Shown here: positions 1 to 10,963 of the stretch, piece by piece
Layout of the letters: each line of letters starts with the position of its first letter
Position numbering within the stretch: position 1 is the stretch's first letter
Assembly (NCBI GenBank): GCA_964549975.1
Contig: CAZJWM010000001.1
Location: 146-64,145, forward strand
From: an uncultured Bacteroides sp.
GTDB taxonomy: Bacteria > Bacteroidota > Bacteroidia > Bacteroidales > Muribaculaceae
Length of the DNA: 64,000 nt
Direction: 5' to 3'
The notes under the pieces: model-generated
Databases searched by the model: none
What the model was told of the DNA's origin: nothing
What the model saw: only the letters and a program-made list of their open reading frames with translations
Position numbers and translations under genes: made by a program

Positions 1-1
1 C

Positions 2-232
2 TATCAGGAGAATGCCGACGCAATGTTCAATTCGTCGCTCATCTTCGAGCTGAGTGTGCTCAAGGAGCACGGCGAGGAGGTGCTGAAGCAGGTGCCGCAA
101 GACGCCCCGGAATATGCAGAAGCCTATCGTCTGCGCGGGTTCCTGCGCTACTTCTCCGGCATCGAGCCGCGCCACATCCCCTCAACCTCGCTGATTCGCG
201 AATTTATCGGCGGATCAAGTTTTAGCTATTAA
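2..232 (+). CDS. 3' end of a CDS of unknown function (5' part lies outside the window)
   Basis: Frame is open from the first bases of the window to TAA at 230-232. Same orientation as ligA and 16 nt upstream of it. No recognisable motif. Confidence 0.4.
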   Translation, partial: YQENADAMFNSSLIFELSVLKEHGEEVLKQVPQDAPEYAEAYRLRGFLRYFSGIEPRHIPSTSLIREFIGGSSFSY

Positions 233-248
233 TCTCAAACAGTAGACC

Positions 249-2252
249 ATGGACGTTAAACAACGCATCTCAGATTTGCGCCAACAGCTGAATCATCACA
301 ACTATCTCTACTACGTGATGAATCAGCCCTCTATATCCGACCAAGAGTTCGACCTCCTGATGCGCGAACTTCAAGACTTGGAGCTCGCCAATCCGGAATT
401 TGACGACCCGCTGAGCCCAACCCACCGCGTGGGTAGCGACCTCAACAAAGCATTTGAACAGGTGGAACACGTCAGGCCGATGCTCTCGCTTGGCAACACC
501 TACTCTATTGAGGAGGTCGATGGCTTTTTCGGGTCGGTGCGCAAAGCACTGCCCGGCCAGGATTTTTGCATCATCGGCGAGATGAAATACGACGGCACGT
601 CGATTTCGCTCCACTATGAGCATGGCCGACTGGTGCGCGCCGTGACTCGCGGTGACGGCACTCGCGGCGACGTGGTGACCGACAACATCATAACCATCCC
701 GTCGATACCGTTAGTGTTGCAGGGCGAAGGATGGCCGGAGTCGTTTGAGATTCGCGGCGAAATCCTCCTGCCGTGGGCTGCTTTCGACCGTCTGAATGCC
801 GACCGCGAAGCCAACGAGGAACCGCTCTTTGCCAACCCCCGAAACGCGGCCTCCGGCACGCTGAAGATGCAAAACTCCGCCGAGGTGGCTCGCCGCGGTT
901 TGGATGCGTATTTCTACTATGTGCTGAGCGACAATCTTCCCTTCGACAATCACTACGACAACCTGATGGCCGCCAAGCAATGGGGCTTCAAGGTGGCGCC
1001 CATACTGCAAAAGCTCAACACCATCGAAGATGTTGAACAGTTTATCCAATATTGGGACGTGGAGCGCAAGAAGTTGCCCGTGGCCACCGACGGTCTTGTC
1101 TTCAAGGTGAATTCACTGCGCCAACAGCTCAACTTGGGCTACACCGCCAAGTCGCCCCGCTGGGCCATTGCCTACAAATTTGCCGCTGAGCGCGCACTGA
1201 CCAAGTTGCGCTTCGTGAGCTTCGAAGTGGGCCGCATGGGCATCATCACCCCGGTGGCTAATCTGGAGCCGGTGTTGCTCAGCGGCACCATCGTCAAGCG
1301 CGCGTCGCTCTACAATGAGGAGAACATCCGCACACTCGACATCCACGAAGGCGACCAACTCTACGTGGAGAAAGGCGGCGAAATCATCCCCAAAATCACC
1401 GGAGTGGAACTAAGCGCACGCATCGCCGGCTCCAAGCCCATCGAATTTGTGACCACCTGCCCCGACTGCGGTACGCCGTTGCGACGCGTGCCGGGCGAAG
1501 CGGCGTGGATTTGTCCGAACAAGTATGGCTGCGCTCAGCAGGTGATTGGCCGAATTGAGCACTTTGCCGCACGCCGCATGATGAACATCGACGGCATCGG
1601 CGGCGAAACCGCCCGTCTGCTCTATCAGATGGGTCTGGTGAGGCAAACGGCCGACATCTACGACCTCACTGTTGACGACCTGCTGAAGCTCGACGGCTTT
1701 GCTCAGCGTAGCGCCGAGCGCGTCATCGAAGGCGTCAAGCAGTCGCTGCAGGTGCCGTTCGACCGCGTGGTGTTCGCCCTGAGCATCCCGGCAGTGGGCA
1801 ACACTCTGAGCAAAAAACTGGCCCGCGCCGTGGGCGACATCGACTCGCTCATGGCCATGCCCAAAGAGGCACTCAGCGCCATTCCGGACATCGGCCCAAT
1901 TATCGCCGACGGAATAGTGGAATATTTTGCCGACGAGAGCAACCGCGCCAACGTGGAGCGGCTGAAAGCCGCCGGAGTGCAGATGTCTATGCCCGAAGAG
2001 AGCACCGAAGGACGCACCGACCGCCTCGCCGGACAGTCAATCGTGATTTCCGGCACGTTTGCCCGCCACTCTCGCGAGGAATACAAGGAGCTGATTGAAC
2101 GCCACGGCGGCAAAAACGTCGGCTCCATCTCAAAGAAAACCACCGCCGTACTCGCCGGCGAAAACATGGGCCCGGCCAAACTCGAAAAGGCGCAGTCGCT
2201 GGGCATTCCGCTGCTCTCCGAGGATGAATTCCTCGCATTGATAGACGAATAA
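249..2252 (+). CDS. ligA: NAD-dependent DNA ligase
   Basis: 667-aa ORF with adenylation motif [12 protein letters not shown] (KxDG), Cys4 zinc finger CPDCGTPL...CPNKYGC, HhH region and a BRCT-like C-terminus ([10 protein letters not shown]...[12 protein letters not shown]). Confidence 0.97.
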   Translation: MDVKQRISDLRQQLNHHNYLYYVMNQPSISDQEFDLLMRELQDLELANPEFDDPLSPTHRVGSDLNKAFEQVEHVRPMLSLGNTYSIEEVDGFFGSVRKALPGQDFCIIGEMKYDGTSISLHYEHGRLVRAVTRGDGTRGDVVTDNIITIPSIPLVLQGEGWPESFEIRGEILLPWAAFDRLNADREANEEPLFANPRNAASGTLKMQNSAEVARRGLDAYFYYVLSDNLPFDNHYDNLMAAKQWGFKVAPILQKLNTIEDVEQFIQYWDVERKKLPVATDGLVFKVNSLRQQLNLGYTAKSPRWAIAYKFAAERALTKLRFVSFEVGRMGIITPVANLEPVLLSGTIVKRASLYNEENIRTLDIHEGDQLYVEKGGEIIPKITGVELSARIAGSKPIEFVTTCPDCGTPLRRVPGEAAWICPNKYGCAQQVIGRIEHFAARRMMNIDGIGGETARLLYQMGLVRQTADIYDLTVDDLLKLDGFAQRSAERVIEGVKQSLQVPFDRVVFALSIPAVGNTLSKKLARAVGDIDSLMAMPKEALSAIPDIGPIIADGIVEYFADESNRANVERLKAAGVQMSMPEESTEGRTDRLAGQSIVISGTFARHSREEYKELIERHGGKNVGSISKKTTAVLAGENMGPAKLEKAQSLGIPLLSEDEFLALIDE

Positions 2253-2258
2253 TCAAAA

Positions 2259-4817
2259 ATGAAAAGACTCAAGACAGCTATATATTTCAGCGCCATTGCC
2301 GCAACGATGGCCGCACAATCGGTTGTGCAACACGTCGACGGCGACTCAGGCGCACTCTCAGGCCGCAACATCGCCATCTGGCAAAGCCACGGCCGATATT
2401 ACAAGGATGAGACCGACCGCTGGCAGTGGCAACGTTGCCGCCTGTTTGGCACGGTGGAAGACCTCTACACCCGCTCTTATGTGGTGCCGTTGCTGGTGCC
2501 GATGCTCGAGCAGGCCGGAGCCTACGTGATGTTGCCGCGTGAACGCGACGTCAATTCTGCCGAAATCATCATCGACCCCGACGGCCAATATGCCACTCAC
2601 GGCTATCACGAAACCCACGTGAAAGAAAAGTGGGAAAACACCAAAGCGGCCGGTTTCGGCTACACCAAAGCCGAGCTCCACGAAGGGGAGAACCCCTTCA
2701 AAATGGGCAAGGCCCGCAAGGTGAAGTCCACACAAAACAAGGAGAAAACCTCCGGCGCCACATGGAGCGGAGATATCCCCGAAGCAGGCGAATATGCCGT
2801 GTATATCAGCTATCAAACCGACTCGAAAAGCGCTTCCGACGTGCACTACACGGTGCACACCGCAGCCGGCGACGAGGAGTTTATCGTTGACCAAACTCGC
2901 GGCGGCGGCACGTGGATCTATCTCGGCACATTCCCCTTTGCAGCCGGTGAGAGCACTCTCGTGAGCATCAGCAACTACTCCGAACAGAAGGGCACGGTGG
3001 TGACCGCCGACGCCGTGAAAATCGGCGGCGGCATGGGCAACGTGGCCCGCAGAGGCTCGGCCGCAGGGTCGCAATATCAAGTGAGCGGCTTGCCGCGCTG
3101 GGCCGAAGGCTCGCGCTATTGGCTGCAATGGGCCGGCATCCCGGAGTCGGTCTACACGGCTCAGGAGAAACCCGGCGACTATCGCGACGACATTTTCTGC
3201 CGTCCGCAGTGGGTGAACTATCTGGTGAAAAACCTGAATATCCCCGTGGACCTGGCCATGGGTTTCCACTCCGACGCCGGCACCACCAACTCTGACACTG
3301 AAACCGTGGGCACTTTGGGCATCTGCTACACCAAGGAGAACAACGGACGATTCTCCGACGGCCGTTCCCGCCAGCTGAACTACGACTTGACTCAATCGAT
3401 TGTCAATTCGATTGTGCGCGACGTGCGCCGCCTGCACAACCCCACGTGGAGTCAGCGCGACATTCGCGACAAATCCTACATCGAAGCACGTGTGCCCGAC
3501 GTTCCGTCAATGTTGCTGGAACTGCTCTCGCACCAAAATTTCGCCGATATGCAATATGGCCTTGACCCGCAATTTCGTTTCGACGTGTGCCGCGCGGTCT
3601 ACAAAGGAATTCTTCGTTTTCTCGCCAATCAGGGCTCCGCAAAGTATATCGTGGAACCGCTGCCTGTGAGCCAATTCACCATTCACCAAACGGGCAAGGA
3701 AAGTTTCGAGCTTCAATGGGCCCCGACCTACGACGAACTCGAGGCCACAGCCGTGCCCACTCGCTATCGAATTGAAGAACGTATCGGCAGCCCCGAGCAA
3801 CCGTTCGTAGCCATTGCCGAGACCACCGACTGCAATTTCCGCTTCACTGCCGACGACCGGCAGTTGCACTCTTTCCGCATCGTGGCGCTCAACGACGGCG
3901 GCGCAGCCATGCCGTCGCCTGTGCTGGCCTTGGGCGTCGGCAAAGATGCCAACGCCGAGACTGTGACGGTGGTCGACGGATTCACCCGTGTCAGCGCCCC
4001 TGAGAGCTTCTCTGCCGGAAGCTTGGCCGGATTCGGGCTCAACGACCCGGGCGTGCCCTCCGGCACCGACCTGCTCTACACCGGACGACAAACCAACTTC
4101 AATCGCGCCGAGCAATGGATCGACGACGATGAACCGGGCTTCGGCGCCTCTGCTGCAAACTACGAGATGCGACCTATCTACGGCAATGCCCACGACAATG
4201 TGGCGCTGCACGGCGAGGCTATTCTTGCCGCCGGCCACTCGTTTGTGAGCTCCACACTCGACGGATTCTGCGCCGACTCGCTGCAAAATCCGCCGATGGT
4301 CGACGTGGTGCTCGGCCTACAACGCTCATATCCTGCCAACCGTTACTCCACATTCTCTCCGCTGCTGCAACAGCGACTGAACACGCTGTCGATGCTCGGC
4401 TCCGGCATCATTGTGAGCGGAGCCTACGTGGGCAGCGACCTATCAACGGCGGCCGACAAGAGTTTTGCCGCCACAGTGTTGGGCTACGCCCCGCGCACCG
4501 ACCACGCCTGCGAAGAGGGCGGCGTCAGCGAAGTGGCGTCGGCCGTGTCATCTGTGTTCGATGGAGGCAAATTCTCCTTCTCAACAACCCTTGGCGAAAA
4601 GCCGTATGCCGTGACCTCGCCCGACGCCATCATCCCCGCCACGGGCGCAAAGGCCTACACCGTGATGCGCTACGATGAGAATCAAACGTCGGCCGCCGTG
4701 GCCTACGAACCGGCCACTCACCGCGCCGTGACGCTCGGCTTCCCGTTTGAGGCCATCGCATCGCAGCGCTCTCGCTATCAACTCATGCAACAAATGCTCA
4801 AATACCTCGAAAAATGA
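2259..4817 (+). CDS. Secreted amidase-like / carbohydrate-binding protein, function uncertain
   Basis: 852-aa ORF with signal peptide [21 protein letters not shown]. Contains a MurNAc-LAA-like segment ([12 protein letters not shown]) and a golvesin-type-like segment ([24 protein letters not shown]...[11 protein letters not shown]). Confidence 0.65.
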   Translation: MKRLKTAIYFSAIAATMAAQSVVQHVDGDSGALSGRNIAIWQSHGRYYKDETDRWQWQRCRLFGTVEDLYTRSYVVPLLVPMLEQAGAYVMLPRERDVNSAEIIIDPDGQYATHGYHETHVKEKWENTKAAGFGYTKAELHEGENPFKMGKARKVKSTQNKEKTSGATWSGDIPEAGEYAVYISYQTDSKSASDVHYTVHTAAGDEEFIVDQTRGGGTWIYLGTFPFAAGESTLVSISNYSEQKGTVVTADAVKIGGGMGNVARRGSAAGSQYQVSGLPRWAEGSRYWLQWAGIPESVYTAQEKPGDYRDDIFCRPQWVNYLVKNLNIPVDLAMGFHSDAGTTNSDTETVGTLGICYTKENNGRFSDGRSRQLNYDLTQSIVNSIVRDVRRLHNPTWSQRDIRDKSYIEARVPDVPSMLLELLSHQNFADMQYGLDPQFRFDVCRAVYKGILRFLANQGSAKYIVEPLPVSQFTIHQTGKESFELQWAPTYDELEATAVPTRYRIEERIGSPEQPFVAIAETTDCNFRFTADDRQLHSFRIVALNDGGAAMPSPVLALGVGKDANAETVTVVDGFTRVSAPESFSAGSLAGFGLNDPGVPSGTDLLYTGRQTNFNRAEQWIDDDEPGFGASAANYEMRPIYGNAHDNVALHGEAILAAGHSFVSSTLDGFCADSLQNPPMVDVVLGLQRSYPANRYSTFSPLLQQRLNTLSMLGSGIIVSGAYVGSDLSTAADKSFAATVLGYAPRTDHACEEGGVSEVASAVSSVFDGGKFSFSTTLGEKPYAVTSPDAIIPATGAKAYTVMRYDENQTSAAVAYEPATHRAVTLGFPFEAIASQRSRYQLMQQMLKYLEK

Positions 4818-6100
4818 TTATTCTGAAAGACCTCTCCTCGGCGAGTATCGCGCAAGCTGCCGCCGAGGCCGACGGGGAATACACTCTGCTGCAAATCATG
4901 CCCGGCACTGTGACCGGCGTCAATGAAAAGCGCTTGGTGCAGGTGGCTGAAGCACGCCGCGCCGCCATGGTCTACGGCGACTATACGAAAGATGGCGTGG
5001 CAACGCCGCTGATTGAATATCAATTCGGCGCCTTGCGCGACGACTTCGATTTCGGTCCGGTGGTGTTGATTCGCACTGATATGTTCCGTCACTGCGTCGG
5101 CGAGATGTTTGCCAAATATCAGGCCGCCGGATTCTATGACCTGCGCCTTCGTCTTAGCCGACTCGGCGCAATAGTCCACATTCCGGAACCGGTTTCGAGG
5201 ATATCCACGCCAAAGGCGGCCGAAGGATGCAGCGAAGCACAGTTCAATTACGTGGATCCGCGCAACCGTGCAGCGCAAATCGAGATGGAACTCGCCTGCA
5301 CCGACCATCTGCGCGCCATTGATGCGCTGGTCGACACAGCCAAGTTGGAGTCTGTTGACTTCGGCGGCAAATTCCCGGTTGAGGCTTCGGTGGTCATCCC
5401 CGTGCGCAACCGCGAAAAGACCATCACAGACGCCATAAAAAGTGCCCTGAGCCAGACGACGTCGTTCGCATTCAACGTGCTCGTGGTCGACAACTACAGC
5501 ACCGACGGCACCACCGAGGCCATCAAGCGCTTGGCCGCTGAGGATTCACGTGTGATTCACGTGACGCCCGCACCGGGCCACGGCATCGGCGGTTGCTGGA
5601 ACGCGGCCCTATGGCATCGGCTCTGCGGCCGATTTGCCGTGCAACTCGACAGCGACGACCTCTACAGCGGCCCCGACACGCTGCAACAGATTGTAGACTG
5701 CTTCTACGCCACCAACGCCGCAATGGTGATCGGCTCCTACACACTCACCGACTTCCACCTCAACGTGATTCCTCCGGGCCTTATAAGCCACAGCGAATGG
5801 ACCGACGAAAACGGCGCCAACAATGCGCTCCGCATCAACGGCCTCGGCGCACCGCGCGCATTCTTCTCCCCCATAGCCCGACAGGTGCAATTCCCCGACA
5901 CTTGCTACGGCGAAGACTACGCCATGGCCCTGGCCATCAGCTCGCGCTATCGCATTGGCCGAATATTCACGTCGCTCTACAATTGCCGCCGCTGGGGCGG
6001 AAACTCCGACTCCAATCTCCCCATCGACCGCATCAACGCCAACAATCGCTACAAAGACTTTATCCGCACCATCACTCTCGCCTCGCGCTGCAAACGATAG
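4814..6100 (+). CDS. Family 2 glycosyltransferase (GT-A fold) with an N-terminal extension
   Basis: Motifs [22 protein letters not shown] and QLDSDD. ATGA start/stop overlap with the preceding gene suggests translational coupling. Confidence 0.85.
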   Translation: MIILKDLSSASIAQAAAEADGEYTLLQIMPGTVTGVNEKRLVQVAEARRAAMVYGDYTKDGVATPLIEYQFGALRDDFDFGPVVLIRTDMFRHCVGEMFAKYQAAGFYDLRLRLSRLGAIVHIPEPVSRISTPKAAEGCSEAQFNYVDPRNRAAQIEMELACTDHLRAIDALVDTAKLESVDFGGKFPVEASVVIPVRNREKTITDAIKSALSQTTSFAFNVLVVDNYSTDGTTEAIKRLAAEDSRVIHVTPAPGHGIGGCWNAALWHRLCGRFAVQLDSDDLYSGPDTLQQIVDCFYATNAAMVIGSYTLTDFHLNVIPPGLISHSEWTDENGANNALRINGLGAPRAFFSPIARQVQFPDTCYGEDYAMALAISSRYRIGRIFTSLYNCRRWGGNSDSNLPIDRINANNRYKDFIRTITLASRCKR

Positions 6101-6126
6101 TCACTTTAGCCTCAACCCATAACGCA

Positions 6127-6157
6127 AACAAGCCCGACCGCAATGGCCGGGCTTGTT
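6127..6157 (+). terminator. Hairpin between convergent genes (possible intrinsic terminator)
   Basis: AACAAGCCCG ... CGGGCTTGTT forms a 10-bp stem with an 11-nt loop, followed by GCTTTAT. The U-tract is weak. Confidence 0.4.
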
Positions 6158-6179
6158 GCTTTATCAGAGTGGGTTAAAC

Positions 6180-8309
6180 TTATTGAGCGTTGGTGAATTT
6201 GAGAATTCTATTGTCAATCTTGTTGCGACCGAGCAGCAGGCTGGTCATGTCGGCGGCAACGCGCTGTTGCTGTTGGTTGGTGACTTGCATCAGGCTCGAC
6301 TTTTCGTCGTAGGGCATGGTACTCTTGTTCACGGCCAGCACTTCGCTGACGCGAACCACGTAGTCGGAGCGAACCGGGCCAACCAGGTCATGCTGTTTGT
6401 GACCGCGCAGAGCTGCAAAGCGAGCGTCCAAACCGGGGTTGGCGGCCTTGATGGTGTCGATTTGCGACTTCATGGCTGCGGCATATTCAGCGATGGTCTT
6501 GCCCTTGCCGGCATACTGCTCACAGAGCACACGGCCTTGCTTTTCCTGAAGTGCGCCATAGGCAAATGAGGGATCGGCCTTCTCAACGTATGCCAGAGGC
6601 AGGTAGTCGTCCTTGATCACGTCAACGAGGGCCACAGCAGTGAAGCGGCTCTGAGTGTTGTCGGAGAGGATACCGCTGACAGCGCCCTTCTTGGCGCTCA
6701 TGGCCCAAGCTACAACGCTGCGGCTTTGCGACAGGCGATCGAGGCTGGGCGACGATTTGCTCACGAAGGTTTCAGCCACGCTGAGCTGACGCAGAGCTTC
6801 GGGAGCATATTGATCGGCATTCTTGGTGAGGAATGTTGCGAGAGTTTCGTTGGTGAAGTTCTCGGCGCCGTTCACCGATGAGAGGAAGTCACTGAGGGTC
6901 TTCTGCAGTTCGCTGATGGTGTTGTTGGAGGGAGTGATGTTGATGGTGGCAGTGGCATAGTCAAACACCTCTTCGGGTTCGGCAAATTCCACAACCTTCA
7001 CAGCCAGTTGCGAACCGTCGCCGCCCTGAAGCAGGACATACTTGCCGGCACCGGCCTCACGAAGTTTGTCCCAAGGCTCCTTCACAGCTTCGCTATATTC
7101 GATGCGTGAGGGTGAGAGCTGCTTGTCGAGCAGGCCCTTCATGGCTGCGGGATCGGCGCCGCCATTGAGCTGAGCCACGATGGAGTCGGCGTTGAAGGTC
7201 GGGTCGATACGCACCTGCTGGAGCGTAGCGCTGTTCACACGGGTTTCGCGGCCCATCAGTTTTGCAATCACAATCTGAGGATCGGCAAAATTGTTGGCGG
7301 TGTTGTAGACCTTCTTCACTTGGCCGGGTTGCATGCCCTTGATGGAGTCAACCAGTGCGCGAGCAAAAGCGGCCTGCGAACGGCCATAGCCGGCGGTGAT
7401 CTTCTCGGCGGTGAGATTTTCACGCTTCACGGAGAACAGAGGATAAGCGTTCACGCCATCCATCTCGGGTTCGTTTGCCAGAGCAATCATCACGCTGTCG
7501 GCCTGAGCAATTGCGGAGGCGCGGTCGGCTGACGAGGCAGCAACGTTGAGATTGATGTAGCGCACGAAGCGAGTTTCTTCGGGGAGTTTATAGCGTTCGC
7601 GATGTTGCTTATAATATGTGTTGAGTTCGGCGGGAGTCACCGTGTCGGTGCACTGCGACAGAGGCACCGATACGCTCAGGAGGTCGTAGGTGGTGCTGCT
7701 GCGATCGTAAGCCGCACGTGCATCATACTTGTTAGCGTGGATAGCGCCGGCCAACATGTTTTGGAACTTCTGCTGACGCAAGAAGTCGTCGACGTTCTCC
7801 TCAAACTTCTTCCATTCTTCCTGAAGTTGAGCAGCGGTCTCGGCGGGCATATCTTCCGAAGGCTGTGTGAACGCCTTGTAGAAATCGGCGGGAGCCACGC
7901 CATACTGTTGTGTGAAATAGTTAACCACCATCGGATTAGCCTGTTCGCCGAGAATGGCCGACGAAAGCTCCTTGTTGGTAACAGTGATGCCCAGAGCATC
8001 ATATTCTTGCTTGAGCAGAGTTTCATTCACAAGCTGTTGAAGCACCTGAGCGGTGAGCTGGTCGTCGTCGATGTTCTGCTTTTGGCCGGTCTGTTGCTCA
8101 TACTGGGCCATCTGCTCGCGCATCTGCGAGGAGCGATCTTGCAGAAGTTCATACGAAATCTTCTCACCCTTGACCTTCAACACGGTTGTGCGGTCAGCAA
8201 TCAAATCGATAGGATTATCGATGATTGTGATAATGAAAAGGAACAGTGCAACAAAAATGATGCTCACCAAAAGCACCGATTTGCTGCGGATTTTTTCAAG
8301 TGTTGCCAT
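6180..8309 (-). CDS. PpiD-like periplasmic chaperone (SurA N-terminal domain protein)
   Basis: 709-aa ORF with an N-terminal membrane anchor (SVLLVSIIFVALFLFIITII) followed by a long Gln/Glu-rich chaperone-like region typical of Bacteroidota PpiD-type proteins. Confidence 0.7.
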   Translation of the reverse strand: MATLEKIRSKSVLLVSIIFVALFLFIITIIDNPIDLIADRTTVLKVKGEKISYELLQDRSSQMREQMAQYEQQTGQKQNIDDDQLTAQVLQQLVNETLLKQEYDALGITVTNKELSSAILGEQANPMVVNYFTQQYGVAPADFYKAFTQPSEDMPAETAAQLQEEWKKFEENVDDFLRQQKFQNMLAGAIHANKYDARAAYDRSSTTYDLLSVSVPLSQCTDTVTPAELNTYYKQHRERYKLPEETRFVRYINLNVAASSADRASAIAQADSVMIALANEPEMDGVNAYPLFSVKRENLTAEKITAGYGRSQAAFARALVDSIKGMQPGQVKKVYNTANNFADPQIVIAKLMGRETRVNSATLQQVRIDPTFNADSIVAQLNGGADPAAMKGLLDKQLSPSRIEYSEAVKEPWDKLREAGAGKYVLLQGGDGSQLAVKVVEFAEPEEVFDYATATINITPSNNTISELQKTLSDFLSSVNGAENFTNETLATFLTKNADQYAPEALRQLSVAETFVSKSSPSLDRLSQSRSVVAWAMSAKKGAVSGILSDNTQSRFTAVALVDVIKDDYLPLAYVEKADPSFAYGALQEKQGRVLCEQYAGKGKTIAEYAAAMKSQIDTIKAANPGLDARFAALRGHKQHDLVGPVRSDYVVRVSEVLAVNKSTMPYDEKSSLMQVTNQQQQRVAADMTSLLLGRNKIDNRILKFTNAQ

Positions 8310-8358
8310 TAGATTTTATCTGTTATTTTTTATCTGATTTTTTCTAAATTTTAACGCA

Positions 8359-8366
8359 CAAAGATA
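8359..8366 (-). promoter_or_regulatory. Candidate -7 promoter element for the PpiD-like gene
   Basis: Minus-strand TATCTTTG is an exact TAnnTTTG match about 50 nt upstream of the ATG at 8309. Confidence 0.45.
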
Positions 8367-8430
8367 CGATTATTTCTCGGAGTGCCCAAACATTGGAGGC
8401 ATTTTTGCGAAAAAAAGTTCCGCAATTCCA

Positions 8431-9090
8431 CTATTTTCCGACATTTACCCCCGCAAAAGCCTCCGGATAGGCCCCGCGCAACGCCTCGACTGTCACCCCC
8501 GCGGCAATCCATGGCGCAATTTCCTGCACACGCACATTCATCACGGCGCCGTCGGCCGCACGATAGGCACACACCTCGCGCAGCCTCAAATCCGCCGGGG
8601 CAAACACCCACGCCGTCTCATCCTCGCCACTACTGCGCAGATACACCACCGTCTGCTCCGCTCCCTCAAACACGCGCAATTCGCAATGCGCCGCGTCGGC
8701 CATAGCCCGACGCAATTCCCGGGCAATCCCCGAGGGCGTCAGATGCGGAAACCGCTGAGGATAGGCATATTCACAACTCTTAACGTCGAGGCGCCCCATC
8801 TCATAGCTGAAACTTTGCCCCTCAAGGTAAGCTGCAAAGCAGAAATGCTCGGAGGAAGAATCGCCCTTGGGCGCCCACTGCATCACATAGCTCTCCCCCT
8901 CGGCCTCAACCTCCATCACATAAGAAAACGTCTCGCCGTCGACCAGCGACACGCAGCTTGCACTCGCGGCCCAAAGCCCCATCGAATCCAACTGCTGCGC
9001 CACGCTCTCAACATCGCGCGCCGCCACGGCCGCAACGCCCACCGACGTCGCAACCGCCCAAGCGGCCAACTTTCGCATCATCTGTAACAT
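8431..9090 (-). CDS. Hypothetical secreted protein
   Basis: ORF trimmed to MLQMMRKLAAWAVATSVGVAAVAA (signal-peptide-like). A TAACTTTG -7 box at 9096-9103 (minus strand) lies just upstream, so the longer ORF-track start at 9165 is unlikely. The exact start (9090, 9081 or 9078) is uncertain. Confidence 0.55.
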   Translation of the reverse strand: MLQMMRKLAAWAVATSVGVAAVAARDVESVAQQLDSMGLWAASASCVSLVDGETFSYVMEVEAEGESYVMQWAPKGDSSSEHFCFAAYLEGQSFSYEMGRLDVKSCEYAYPQRFPHLTPSGIARELRRAMADAAHCELRVFEGAEQTVVYLRSSGEDETAWVFAPADLRLREVCAYRAADGAVMNVRVQEIAPWIAAGVTVEALRGAYPEAFAGVNVGK

Positions 9091-9182
9091 AACCACAAAG
9101 TTACCACCTTTCCACGAATTCTGCCCCCAAAAATTCCTAAAAAATTTACCCCAAAACACTTGCATAGCTCAACAAAAACGCC

Positions 9183-9190
9183 TAACTTTG
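9183..9190 (+). promoter_or_regulatory. Candidate -7 promoter element for the tRNA
   Basis: TAACTTTG is an exact TAnnTTTG match 29 nt upstream of the tRNA 5' end. Confidence 0.5.
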
Positions 9191-9218
9191 CAAAAGAAAA
9201 TACGGCCAAAACAGCCAA

Positions 9219-9292
9219 GGTCCTATAGCTCAGTCGGTTAGAGCAATTGACTCATAATCAAAAGGTCGCAGGTTCAAGCCCTGCTGGGACCA
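9219..9292 (+). tRNA. tRNA with CAU anticodon, most similar to tRNA-Ile2 (lysidine type); tRNA-Met not excluded
   Basis: Cloverleaf read by eye: acceptor GGTCCTA/TGGGACC, D-arm AGCTCAGTCGGTTAGAGC, anticodon loop CTCATAA (CAT at 9253-9255), T-arm GGTTCAAGCCC. The anticodon arm and variable region (GACTCATAATC...GGTCGC.GGTTCAAG) closely parallel E. coli ileX as I recall it. Confidence 0.9.
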
Positions 9293-9303
9293 CCCTAAAA
9301 ATC

Positions 9304-9336
9304 AAGCACTTACGCCCTCGCGCAAGTGCTTTTTTT
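9304..9336. terminator. Bidirectional intrinsic terminator
   Basis: AAGCACTT...AAGTGCTT forms an 8-bp stem (plus 2 possible inner pairs) followed by T7 on the plus strand and by GATTTTT on the minus strand. It lies between the tRNA (+) and the flavoprotein operon (-). Confidence 0.7.
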
Positions 9337-9353
9337 CGTGCCGATTCGCGGGA

Positions 9354-9974
9354 TTAGCGGATGAAGTTCATGGGGGTGTAGGGCTCGCGGGCGGGGGCGT
9401 CGGAGGGTTGGCCGTGGAGTTTTTTGAGTAGATGGGCCATGTTGTCGGCAAGGGTGCGCATGGTTTGCAGGCCCTCGACGTCGCGAGCGGTTTCGCCTTC
9501 GGAGCAGCCAAAGAGGATATTCCAATATTGGGAGGTGACGATGGGCATATTGCACATCTGGAAGGGCATTTGCAGGGTCTGAAACGCTGCCGAGCTGCCG
9601 CCGCGACGACACACGCACACCACGGCCGCGGGCTTGCCGTCGAAGACGCGTTCACCGGAGAAGAGCATACGTTGCTGATAGGCCAGCAGAGCGCCGGCAG
9701 GCTGCCCGTAGTAGACGGGGCTACCCAGCACTATGGCGTCGCACCCGGCCATCTTGTCGATAATCCGGTTGCACATGTCGCCGTCGAAGGCGCAGCGACC
9801 AAGGTTTTGGCGGCGACACACGCAGCAGTCTATGCAGCCGCGCGCGGGTTTATTGCCAATCCAGAGGATTTCCGTGTCGATGCCTTGCCGGCGGAGCCGG
9901 TTGGCCACTTCGCTGAGGGCTATATGGGTGTTGCCCTCTTGGTGGGGACTTCCATTCACTAACAATACTTTCAT
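9354..9974 (-). CDS. Flavodoxin-fold NAD(P)H-dependent FMN reductase / iron-sulfur flavoprotein-like
   Basis: Trimmed to MKVLLVNGSPHQEGNT (typical N-terminus). Cys cluster CIDCCVCRRQNLGRC, then LGSPVYYG. Sits 13 nt downstream of the nitroreductase gene, so probably an operon. Confidence 0.8.
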   Translation of the reverse strand: MKVLLVNGSPHQEGNTHIALSEVANRLRRQGIDTEILWIGNKPARGCIDCCVCRRQNLGRCAFDGDMCNRIIDKMAGCDAIVLGSPVYYGQPAGALLAYQQRMLFSGERVFDGKPAAVVCVCRRGGSSAAFQTLQMPFQMCNMPIVTSQYWNILFGCSEGETARDVEGLQTMRTLADNMAHLLKKLHGQPSDAPAREPYTPMNFIR

Positions 9975-9987
9975 TGTGGGCGTGGGG

Positions 9988-10869
9988 TTATTTTTTGGGG
10001 GAGGCTGTGAAGCGATGAATTTTGGAGGCGCGGTCTTTCTGCACGCCGCGCGCATATTCGATTTCGGGATAGCCGAAACCGATGATGAGGCCCATGTAGT
10101 GGTCGTCGGGGATGCCGAGCATACGGCGCGCACCGGCCACGTCGGAGATCACGCTTGCCGAATAGCTCATGATGGTGGTGCCCAGGCCGTGGGCATTGCA
10201 GAGGAGTTCGAAATAGGCGCTGGCTATGTTGCAGTCGGCGATGTCGTCTTGTGCCCACTGACCTTTGGCACGTTTGTGGGCTATAAACAGGTGAGGTGCG
10301 CCGCAAAAGAGCAGGTCGTCTTTGCGCAGGGCGCGCTCGGAGCGCTTCATGGTTTGATACATCGACCGACTCATTCCGGCGCTGTAGAAGCCGCGCGCGG
10401 CGTTCGCCTCCATGCCGTCGTAGACAAAGCGCCAGATGCGGTCGAGCTCGTCGATGTCGTCAATGATGGTCATCTCCAAGCCCATGGAGTTGCCACCGGT
10501 GGGCACGTTCTCCATGTCTTTAAGAATGCGGTCCATCAAGTCTCGCTCCACGTTGCGACTCTGATATCGGCGGCAGCTGCGACGATAGGCCACGAGCCTA
10601 TCCATCTGCTCGCCCAGCGAGGCGTCGGGCCGCGGAAGCGAATCCTGCGGGCGCCGCCCCAGCACACTGACTGCGCCTTCGGGGCACACGGCCAAACAGT
10701 GTTGACACTTCCAGCAACCGCTCCAGCCAAAACGCTCAAACGGCTTAATCTCAGGCACACCGTCGACCATCGTCAGCACCTGTCCGGAGCAGACGTCGAC
10801 GCAGCGGCCGCAACCGGTGCATCGCTCCGTGTCGACCACAAACCGTGCCTTATTCTGTTGTTGCGTCAT
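9988..10869 (-). CDS. 4Fe-4S ferredoxin-domain / nitroreductase-family fusion protein
   Basis: N-terminal CTGCGRCVDVCSG and CQHCLAVCPEGA (two CxxCxxCxxxCP-type clusters) followed by a nitroreductase-like body (RRSCRRY...). Confidence 0.85.
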   Translation of the reverse strand: MTQQQNKARFVVDTERCTGCGRCVDVCSGQVLTMVDGVPEIKPFERFGWSGCWKCQHCLAVCPEGAVSVLGRRPQDSLPRPDASLGEQMDRLVAYRRSCRRYQSRNVERDLMDRILKDMENVPTGGNSMGLEMTIIDDIDELDRIWRFVYDGMEANAARGFYSAGMSRSMYQTMKRSERALRKDDLLFCGAPHLFIAHKRAKGQWAQDDIADCNIASAYFELLCNAHGLGTTIMSYSASVISDVAGARRMLGIPDDHYMGLIIGFGYPEIEYARGVQKDRASKIHRFTASPKK

Positions 10870-10897
10870 AACTTATAAATGTTTCCGATTACGACTG

Positions 10898-10905
10898 CAA
10901 ATTTA
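10898..10905 (-). promoter_or_regulatory. Candidate -7 promoter element for the nitroreductase-flavoprotein operon
   Basis: Minus-strand TAAATTTG is an exact TAnnTTTG match 28 nt upstream of the ATG at 10869. Confidence 0.45.
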
Positions 10906-10963
10906 CAAAACAATTCCCACCTATCCAACTTCTGCGGCTTACTACGAAACTACCCATAGTATC

